Of a DNA stretch of 64,000 nucleotides, positions 57,401-64,000 are shown in pieces. The translations under genes and the position numbers were made by a program. The stretch comes from an uncultured virus (IMG/VR IMGVR_UViG_3300023110_000026) (Duplodnaviria; Heunggongvirae; Uroviricota; Caudoviricetes): the IMG/VR virus record IMGVR_UViG_3300023110_000026; one strand, written 5' to 3'. The notes under the pieces are model-generated. The model saw only the letters and a list, made by a program, of their open reading frames with translations. It did not search any database and was not told the DNA's origin. Within the stretch, counting starts at the first letter, position 1. Every line of letters begins with the position of its first letter.

Positions 57401-60400
57401 TGGAGTGTTAACATTGATGCTTTCAGTTGCAAACGGAGGTTTACTAAATTCAACTCTTGGCTCAATTTGATAAAATGCAGTATCGTCAAGACTTGTTTGA
57501 ATTGGAGTCCCTGGAATCCAATGATCCCAACCTGGTAAGTCGTCACTTTCTCTTAGAATATATGCAACTTTACTTGACGGATCGTATGATTGGATATAAC
57601 CGTATTGTCCTTTACCTTTACCCTGCGTAATAAAAATACGCTTTCCATCATAAACACCACTACTATCTTCAACAGTATCAGTTGCACTTAATAAAAGTGT
57701 AGAACCTGTTCCACCTTGTGACTGACCTGTAGTAATACTAAATCCTGAACCACCAGGTGTAGATGAATCACCCGGATCAAGCATTCTAACTTGTGATAGT
57801 GATTTGTTTCTAAATTCTTTAAATTCTGCTTCTAAGTTAGAACCAGTACCTGAAAATGCATCAATATCTGCACTTGTATAATTTTGTCCAGCGTGTGCAT
57901 AACCAAACAAATAAATTTCGTTGTCTAAATCTGTTAATACGTTTGATACTGTTGCGTCATTATCTCTGTTGTTTACATTTGCTGTAATTGGTGTTTCTAA
58001 TAAGTCATACCCTTCAGCAACAGAACCGTAATCACCGTATGAGTTGTTTCCGTTTGTAGCACGAATCTTTCCGCCTGCTTCAGACAAGTATCCAATATGA
58101 CAATAATATGTAAACACTGATACAAGTTCTGATAATGCACCGTTAGTGACCCAAATACCAATACCGCCACTTATTACTTGTGTAAAGTCGTTAGCAACAA
58201 TAGATTTATTACCACCTAAATGCAACCCACCGTCAATTTTCATTCCTACACAATTAGTACCAAATGTTGTGACATTTTGCACATAAGTAGATTTAGATGT
58301 GACCCACACATTACTATCACTTGGACCTGTTCCTGGATCTAAACTAACAAACGCAGGATGTCCTCCTACTGGACGTTTAGTGCCAAACTCGTTAACAGCA
58401 CTCATAGTTCCTACAAGGCCTTGTAGAGTACAATTTCTAATACCACAACCATTCTTTACGTGGAACATATCTGTTCCTTCGTATCCTGCGGCCGGAACAA
58501 TTCTAGTTGATCTTAATTCATCTCCAACTACTGCAACATTAGCAGGAATTTTTAAAGGTAATATTTCTTTAAATTCACCAGTTGAAACAAATACTGTTGC
58601 TGGTGTTCTGTTTACTGTATCACCTGCAATGTGATCTAGTGCATACTTAACAGTTCTAAACGGATTTTGTTTTGTGGCGCCGCGTGTTGCTTCGTCAACA
58701 CCGTCAAGTGCTACATAAAAATTATTTTTAGAATCTCCTAAAAGATCCCATTGTGGACCTTGTCCTAAACTTGAGTCTGCATTTGTTTGTGGTAAACCTT
58801 TAAGTACAGTTCCTAGGTCACCAATTTCTAAACGCTCATTTGATCCTGCACTGTAAGTTTTAATATCGCCAGGTCTTGCAAGTACGTTTGTTCTAATACC
58901 TTGTACGTATACTTTCCAGTATACTGGAATAGTTTTTCTTGTATCTTGATCCGGTCTACTATTAGCACTATTAGCATCATGTCTTCTAATACACTGATAA
59001 GCAGTTCCTGCCCAAAGTACAATGTCGCCTAATTCGTATGCATTAAGTGTAGAGTCTGCATCAAAATCATTCCAAGGTCCTTTAAAAGAAACACCAGGCA
59101 TTAATAAATCCCAATTAGATGTTCCACTAACTGAAATTACTTGAACACCACTTGATCCTGTGTTATTATAATCTGCAAAATAAATTGCATCTGGACAATC
59201 AGGTTCAAGTTTAACAATAACTTGTCTAACTGTTGCTGTATTAAATCCTGAATTATAATCTTCTAAACTTGCTACAATTTCGTCATCTAAAATATAAGTT
59301 GTTTGCACTCCAGTAAATAATTCATTACCACCATCTGCTACATTTAAGAATCCGTCTGTTGTATCTGCTGGATAAATTGGATGAGAATCGTTTGAACTAT
59401 GCGATTGATCTAAAATTAATGTAGTGCCACGTGTATAAGTTTTATTTGGTGTTGTGACTCCGTCCCAATTAAAGGCTGTTCCAAATGTAATACTAACATC
59501 TGTTTTAATACCGCTGTCTGGTTTACTACCAACGTTGTCGATAACTGCCCAGTACAAATAACCGTGATTTCTTACAACATCACCTACTTTATAAGGTTGT
59601 ACCGCAGACCAATCATTTTTAAAATTATACCATTCACTTAAAAGTTCCCAATCATTTACTTCTACTGAAGGAACTTTATTAGTATGGAACGTTTTACAAT
59701 AGTATGTATATCCACCATATTCAACAATATCACCGGGTTGGTAATTTGTATCTGCGTTCCATTGTTCTTCATATGCCATTCCTGCAACATATAAATTCCA
59801 ATAAGATTCTGTGTCTCTAAATAACGGATCATCAGTTTCCTCGTCAGTGCCTGTGACAGTATGTGTAGCATTACAAACATAAATTGCTTGACTATGCCTA
59901 ACCATATCACCAACTTTCCATTTAATTGTGTTTGGTGTTCCGCCTTGAACGTGTGCTGTTGGTGCTGTCCAGAGACCTTTGTATTCAATACCAGGAACAA
60001 CTAAATCCCACCAACCTTCTACGTCTACTTCGTTTTCAAAATTACTTGTTGAAGTGTGTTGAGCATTTGCTCTATAAACATATCCTCCATAACGAACAAT
60101 GTCTTGTGGTTTATAATTTGTTGCAGGTGCCCATTCGTTTAACCAATCATCACCTGTGACTATTCTTTCCCAATATCCTTGATCGCCTGCTAGTCCTTCG
60201 GCATTTGTTCCTGAAGTGTGTGCAGTTGTACATCTCCAAGTTGAACCGCCGGCTCTAACAACATCACCGACTTGATATGGTGTAAATCCAACCCAATCTC
60301 CAGACCAATGAGATCCAAATACGTGAGTTGTCCAAAATCTAATGTTATTTGCGTGACCAAAATCAGCATCTGTTAGTGCCTGGTGTCCTTGTGTACAACG

Positions 60401-61060
60401 GTAAATTATGCCGCCTCGTTCTACTAAATCGTTTATGTAATATAGTTTAGGCGTAATAGTAATAACATTGTTTCCGGTTTCAGGATCAATTGAACTTACT
60501 GAAGTACTGTTTTGCCATGCACCCTGCCAACTATATCCTTCAGACATAATTTCCCATCTAGTAGTAGCAGGAGTACCGCTAACTTCTAAACTTTGAACTA
60601 CACCAGGTACAACTAACGCACCTTCGTATGCATTATCAACTGTGGCTACTGTGACTGTTGCATCATTTACTCCGCGGACGCCGCCTACTTGATCGCCTGG
60701 AATTACAAAATATTCTTTAGCAACATAGTTTCTACCACCAGCAACAAGTGTCACAGAATATTTCTTACCGCTTCGTGTGACTGTAAAGTCAATTCCTGTT
60801 CCGTCTACTGTTGTATTTTGACCGCCAGCATTTGCAGATAGGTTAAATTCGTCATCAACACCGTTTGGTGCACTATATGGCTCTGGATATGTAAAGTCAT
60901 ATAAAAAGTCGCCATAAAAATCATCTTGTGATGTGTGTGCCGCTGTACAGAAGTAAACATTACCATTAACTGTCACAATGTCATCTAGTGCATATGCGAC
61001 ATCAGGCGCCCAATCGCCTCTGTATTTGTAAGTAAATCTGTCTAGTTTAAACTGTGCCAT
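54476..61060 (-). CDS. 2194 aa multidomain tail fibre/adhesin, paralog of 47931..54443
   Basis: Shared blocks VVGDELRSTRI, YVQNV..FGT.CVG.K.DG, SIVANDFTQ, GGKIRATNGN.SYG, YSQVRLT.HDFLDIGTGN; TAAATA at 61075..61080. Confidence 0.8.
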   Translation of the reverse strand: MAQFKLDRFTYKYRGDWAPDVAYALDDIVTVNGNVYFCTAAHTSQDDFYGDFLYDFTYPEPYSAPNGVDDEFNLSANAGGQNTTVDGTGIDFTVTRSGKKYSVTLVAGGRNYVAKEYFVIPGDQVGGVRGVNDATVTVATVDNAYEGALVVPGVVQSLEVSGTPATTRWEIMSEGYSWQGAWQNSTSVSSIDPETGNNVITITPKLYYINDLVERGGIIYRCTQGHQALTDADFGHANNIRFWTTHVFGSHWSGDWVGFTPYQVGDVVRAGGSTWRCTTAHTSGTNAEGLAGDQGYWERIVTGDDWLNEWAPATNYKPQDIVRYGGYVYRANAQHTSTSNFENEVDVEGWWDLVVPGIEYKGLWTAPTAHVQGGTPNTIKWKVGDMVRHSQAIYVCNATHTVTGTDEETDDPLFRDTESYWNLYVAGMAYEEQWNADTNYQPGDIVEYGGYTYYCKTFHTNKVPSVEVNDWELLSEWYNFKNDWSAVQPYKVGDVVRNHGYLYWAVIDNVGSKPDSGIKTDVSITFGTAFNWDGVTTPNKTYTRGTTLILDQSHSSNDSHPIYPADTTDGFLNVADGGNELFTGVQTTYILDDEIVASLEDYNSGFNTATVRQVIVKLEPDCPDAIYFADYNNTGSSGVQVISVSGTSNWDLLMPGVSFKGPWNDFDADSTLNAYELGDIVLWAGTAYQCIRRHDANSANSRPDQDTRKTIPVYWKVYVQGIRTNVLARPGDIKTYSAGSNERLEIGDLGTVLKGLPQTNADSSLGQGPQWDLLGDSKNNFYVALDGVDEATRGATKQNPFRTVKYALDHIAGDTVNRTPATVFVSTGEFKEILPLKIPANVAVVGDELRSTRIVPAAGYEGTDMFHVKNGCGIRNCTLQGLVGTMSAVNEFGTKRPVGGHPAFVSLDPGTGPSDSNVWVTSKSTYVQNVTTFGTNCVGMKIDGGLHLGGNKSIVANDFTQVISGGIGIWVTNGALSELVSVFTYYCHIGYLSEAGGKIRATNGNNSYGDYGSVAEGYDLLETPITANVNNRDNDATVSNVLTDLDNEIYLFGYAHAGQNYTSADIDAFSGTGSNLEAEFKEFRNKSLSQVRMLDPGDSSTPGGSGFSITTGQSQGGTGSTLLLSATDTVEDSSGVYDGKRIFITQGKGKGQYGYIQSYDPSSKVAYILRESDDLPGWDHWIPGTPIQTSLDDTAFYQIEPRVEFSKPPFATESINVNTPLDYKKVVFGNNRYVAIAQSEFGNSGTDQFVYSTNGTSWTAGNMDGSNLPQSTGRWSWQDLDYGGGKFVAVAKEGIVAVSSDGENWTMYEVTNDSTGVQTRYIAFGDNPTIEQTFKVTVSVPGDNPLYHFDGAVNTAPDISVVEGNTYTFNQNDGSNNNCPIYFSSTPEGINGGGDEYTEGVKYYLNNKQVADLAAYVSGFNAAQTRKVVWTVPNSLVGVPMYYVNYNSTGSGVQPDSSYALVRVDGRSEWLVTSNGSPEYFQSLDYGNTWTAGQLPSAESFDGGVRGMAYGSGKFVAVAGDWDSSKMRIYTKTPGNTEWAENFVSMGDMSNVESMVYGNNIFLATETNSDDVWINPTGGHGAWYRQENVLPSTGNWFLGYGQGVYVAFKPNTDEFAISENGIFWEAKTLPTTANWTTCGIGTPGNSCKFVLMGSGSPLQGSGEQNAVVIQAGRKPFARMFVKNTRAGEFWIYDPGSNYESDLLNVNNTFAVTFGRNAADTADVYFIDGSENPTLTFTEGRRYTFDLSDESLKNYGGAVVDGVVEDNIHPLNIYQDAAKTIVWSDNVVYRFGTTVVSRDVFLRDFADYANRTVEIEIQYDAPSGLYYGSTEDAGATAITIEETDAMSMTVSDPLATVDPYVKLRIANGVLPQPSFRNRGTKFRSATASVTGDGYADVYQTGNKIKVTDLTREPGPGANLSITGIDGKTYLVTKVTDITGSEPTLSATIQISPTLGVDESPDHNTALVMREQYSQVRLTFHDFLDIGTGNKNSTRYPVRYLQGFTEADEDAVKQQNETDFSDGGRVFYSSTDQDGNFRVGELFEVEQASGIITINADQFDLSGLTELSLGGVTLGGTGAVIKEFSIDPLFVANSDNVVPTQKAIAAYVKSRITGGGSSVNVNKVTAGVITSGDSGQEIDTTDGSVIQAKAKISFEGGVGGDMAARAFFAFGTDIAISDDFGGQDESGGNTNDNYGA

Positions 61061-61077
61061 TTATTTCTCACCTATAT

Positions 61078-61425
61078 TTAACTGTAATCATATGGTTGAT
61101 TTACTCTTGCGACTAAATTTCCATCTTCGTTGATGTAGTAATTAATCTTTTGGTAATCCCATCTGTATTGTTCATATTTTAAGTTGTTATAAACCTTTTC
61201 GTGGTTTACATCTCTACCTTCAAAAAAGTCTTGTCCAATATCAAAATCGTTATAGTTCTCTGCACTATTACCAGGAACGTTAATTTCAATTTGATCATTT
61301 GGATTTAATTGGTCAACAATAGCAAGGTAAATTGTACCGTCGTCTAGTTTTCTTAAACCATAGAAGTATCTGGTATTCATACCATCTATTAGTTGTTCCA
61401 TATTTCCGCCGATATAATTTGCCAT
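61078..61425 (-). CDS. Hypothetical protein
   Basis: 115 aa ORF with SD AGGAG in the fibre operon. Confidence 0.7.
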   Translation of the reverse strand: MANYIGGNMEQLIDGMNTRYFYGLRKLDDGTIYLAIVDQLNPNDQIEINVPGNSAENYNDFDIGQDFFEGRDVNHEKVYNNLKYEQYRWDYQKINYYINEDGNLVARVNQPYDYS

Positions 61426-61437
61426 CGTTATCTCCTA

Positions 61438-61767
61438 TTAAGTTTGTTCCGCATAACTTATTACTGCGTCAACGCTATCTGCATAACTTGACGAAATTTG
61501 TAAAGTATGATATTCATCTAGTACTAATTTCTCACTACCATTTAATGCTCTTAGTGATCCGTTTGGTGGTATTGGAACATCTTTTGCGTAATATGCTACA
61601 ACACTACCTGCGTCTTTAACCATAACACTTCCTAACACTGTACTATCTTTTGTATTTGCTAGTGAAATGCCCATAATTACAACTTTTCTATTAACAGGAA
61701 CATTGATCGCATCAATTGGTAATTGACCTACGTCTTTTATAATTGCATTTTTTAATATCGTTGCCAT
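61438..61767 (-). CDS. Small beta-sandwich virion protein, paralog of 47595..47912
   Basis: NVP...V...LAN...KDVPIP..GSL...KLVL pattern. Confidence 0.6.
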   Translation of the reverse strand: MATILKNAIIKDVGQLPIDAINVPVNRKVVIMGISLANTKDSTVLGSVMVKDAGSVVAYYAKDVPIPPNGSLRALNGSEKLVLDEYHTLQISSSYADSVDAVISYAEQT

Positions 61768-61776
61768 CTATTTTCT

Positions 61777-63999
61777 CTATCCATATATTAATGCGTTTAA
61801 GAATGATAGTTCTTCCGCTTCTTGGAATGTAATACCACCCTGTTGTCCAACAACAGATGCCCATACACTACCATCCCACACTTCTAATCTACTCTGCTGA
61901 GTGTTATATCTTGTTAAACCTACAGCAAGATTAGACACTGGTCTATTGTTGTTATCACCTACTGGAAACTTAAGACCATATGTTCCATTAAAATCCACAT
62001 ATCCTTCGTCTGTTCCAGCAAAGTTAATCTGTGAATCACTTACTACATTAGTTATCGTATTTGTGCCCTGATCCCACTCTACATCTCCAATTACTACTTT
62101 ACCTGTACCGTTTGGAGCAATAGTTAAATCTGCATCTGTAGCCTCTGTACTAAGTGTATTAACGTGAATTGTGTCAGTATTAAAACGTGTTGCATTTAAA
62201 TCTGCTGTTAGTCCTGCCGCGCCATTATAAAATCTAAATGTATCGTCGTCATTACCTTGTGTTAATTCTGCTGTGATATAAGTGTCTAAGTCTTGGTCAA
62301 CAACACCACTTACACTACCACCAACTGCATTCCAAAATCCGTCTGCATATAATTCAAATACGTTTGAACTTGTGTTATATCTAAACATACCATTAACAGG
62401 TGTGCCCGGTCTTTGAGCAGTTGTACCTGCAGGAAGTTTAATAGCATCATCACTGTTAAAGTCTACATATCCGTCGCCGTGTGCAAAAATTTCTAAATTA
62501 GTATCGTTTCTAAATGTTTGTACAGAGTTGTTAATTAATTTAACTTCGTCTGAAATAAATGATGTTGTTTGTAAACCATCACTATCGATATAAGCAATAG
62601 TTGTTCCTGCAACATCAAAAGTAATAACATCATTGTCTGCACCAAGTGTAGTTTCAACGTTTACTTTAGTATCACCATCTTGGTCACGGATTTCATTAAA
62701 TCCGCCATTAATCACTAAGTTTCCGTCAATTACAACATCTGATGATCCATCTGGATTAATTGTTAAGTCACCGCTTGTAGTAATGATTTGATTACCACTA
62801 ATTCTAATATTTCCTGTTTCAACTCTGCTAGGATCTACAATAGTTGTATTTCCACCGTCAGTAAATGTTAAACCAGATAATGAACTAATATCAAAACTTT
62901 CTGCTTCAAATGTGACGTTTCCTGTTTCTTGGTCAACAGTAAATGCATTACCAACTCTAAAGTCACCGCTTTGGTCAATTGAACTGAATAATACTTTACC
63001 GTTGTTTGTTTCAGTAATTTCGTTTGCTTGAATTACTCTAGAAACATCATTTTCTAAATTCTTTCCAACGCCTACGTATCCAAAGTTATGATTGATCAAT
63101 CTTAGGAGAACACCGTCGCCGTCTGCAATAACACCTTGATTTCCGTAAACGTTTGCACTACCAATTGCTCTTAGTTCAGCACCAAATTGTTTAAGATCAA
63201 TAAATTCAATGCCTGTTGCACTACCACCACTTGAAGAAGAAATATCAACTTGAACTGCTACATCTTCTGTGACTGTTGTACTAGCATTTGCACCATTAAA
63301 GTGTGTTAAAAATACTGTTGTGCTATCTCCAACAAACTCTGCTGTTGGTGTTGAAAAACCTGACAAATATCTTGGTAAACCTTTAGTGACTCTTAGTTCG
63401 TCTACATATCCTGTAAACAAGTTTGTGTTATTATAGTCGCCACCAATACCAAACATTCTTGCTGTACCATAGTTGTTTGTATCACTATATGTTGATCCGT
63501 CTTGATTTCCGTTAACAAACAATTTTGTTCCATCGTTTGATCTAGAAACAGCAATATGGTACCAAGTGTTTGTTAGTAGTACATCTGTTCCAGTAATAAC
63601 ATCACTACCAGCAACAGCAACTCTTACATTAGCACCGTTAGTATAAACACTAATTGCATTATCACTTGCTTCTGTTCTCATATCAAACAAGTATTGTGTT
63701 CCTGTGACTCCGTCAAATCTAAAGAAGCCTTCAACTGTAAAGTTTCCTTCTCCAAATCCAAAATCATTTGAACTAGGCACACTTGCATAATCACCTGTGC
63801 CATCTAGGTATAAACTTGCTGTACCAAACTTTTTCTGTGTAGTACTTAAAGAACTATTTCCTGTTAGGTTAATAGTTTTACTTTTTCTATCAGTTGTTGT
63901 AGACCAACCTGAAACTTTACCATCAAATGTTAATCTTAATCTGCCGTCAACTGTTTCTTTTGATTCAATAGTACCTTGTGCTAGTACTGTTGATCCGTC
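61777..63999 (-). CDS. 5'-truncated large virion structural protein with LamG/ConA-like domain
   Basis: Frame stays open from 63780 to the window end (..TQKKFGTASLYLDGTGDY..); FTVE.F, WYHIAVSR, LFVNG, GYVDELRV; two P.G....RP.....G..RYNT repeats. Confidence 0.8.
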   Translation of the reverse strand, partial: DGSTVLAQGTIESKETVDGRLRLTFDGKVSGWSTTTDRKSKTINLTGNSSLSTTQKKFGTASLYLDGTGDYASVPSSNDFGFGEGNFTVEGFFRFDGVTGTQYLFDMRTEASDNAISVYTNGANVRVAVAGSDVITGTDVLLTNTWYHIAVSRSNDGTKLFVNGNQDGSTYSDTNNYGTARMFGIGGDYNNTNLFTGYVDELRVTKGLPRYLSGFSTPTAEFVGDSTTVFLTHFNGANASTTVTEDVAVQVDISSSSGGSATGIEFIDLKQFGAELRAIGSANVYGNQGVIADGDGVLLRLINHNFGYVGVGKNLENDVSRVIQANEITETNNGKVLFSSIDQSGDFRVGNAFTVDQETGNVTFEAESFDISSLSGLTFTDGGNTTIVDPSRVETGNIRISGNQIITTSGDLTINPDGSSDVVIDGNLVINGGFNEIRDQDGDTKVNVETTLGADNDVITFDVAGTTIAYIDSDGLQTTSFISDEVKLINNSVQTFRNDTNLEIFAHGDGYVDFNSDDAIKLPAGTTAQRPGTPVNGMFRYNTSSNVFELYADGFWNAVGGSVSGVVDQDLDTYITAELTQGNDDDTFRFYNGAAGLTADLNATRFNTDTIHVNTLSTEATDADLTIAPNGTGKVVIGDVEWDQGTNTITNVVSDSQINFAGTDEGYVDFNGTYGLKFPVGDNNNRPVSNLAVGLTRYNTQQSRLEVWDGSVWASVVGQQGGITFQEAEELSFLNALIYG

Positions 64000-64000
64000 T

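Noticed and set aside
52850..61030. CRISPR-like or DNA tandem repeat arrays
   Set aside because: Repeats exist only at the protein level with degenerate DNA; intergenic gaps are too short for arrays and show no tRNA-like structure
44558..61060. Diversity-generating retroelement or invertible tail-fibre cassette
   Set aside because: No reverse transcriptase or invertase and no near-identical TR/VR or inverted repeats; the paralogs are anciently diverged
580..61619. Numerous 60-135 aa ORFs in the track that overlap long genes on the opposite strand or in alternate frames
   Set aside because: They are shadows of coding sequence with no SD, promoter or motif, and the real genes already tile the region
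1..64000. Stop-codon reassignment or selenocysteine readthrough
   Set aside because: Genes are full length under the standard code; TAA, TAG (e.g. 6549) and TGA (e.g. 6799) all end genes cleanly before the next start

Overview
This is a 64 kb segment of a large, AT-rich T4-like (Caudoviricetes myovirus) phage genome, densely coding and mostly on the minus strand. From left to right it holds: an 8-gene glycosyltransferase/nucleotide-sugar cluster; uvsY-uvsX-gp32 recombination genes; probable internal-head proteins, large terminase and gp4; tail tube and an oversized sheath; HNH and dNMP kinase; neck gp13; a plus-strand block (gp14, gp15, NUDIX, hldE, 2OG oxygenase, hldD, cupin); and ~33 kb of tail-appendage genes. 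That last region includes a subtilisin, a carbamoyltransferase, a GT9 heptosyltransferase-like gene, two chaperone-like paralogs, three Cys/Gly-rich paralogs and giant multidomain fibres. Four observations stand out: (1) a candidate phage-encoded heptose/carbamoyl virion-modification system; (2) 11 genes whose ATG sits exactly 5 nt after a TAAATA-type late promoter, i.e. apparently leaderless late mRNAs; (3) apparent complete absence of AGCT, GTWAC and GCWGC; (4) modular, protease-site-punctuated head proteins, one carrying a membrane module. All calls come from motif recognition by eye; no database searches were run. No tRNA, rRNA, CRISPR array or IS element was seen.
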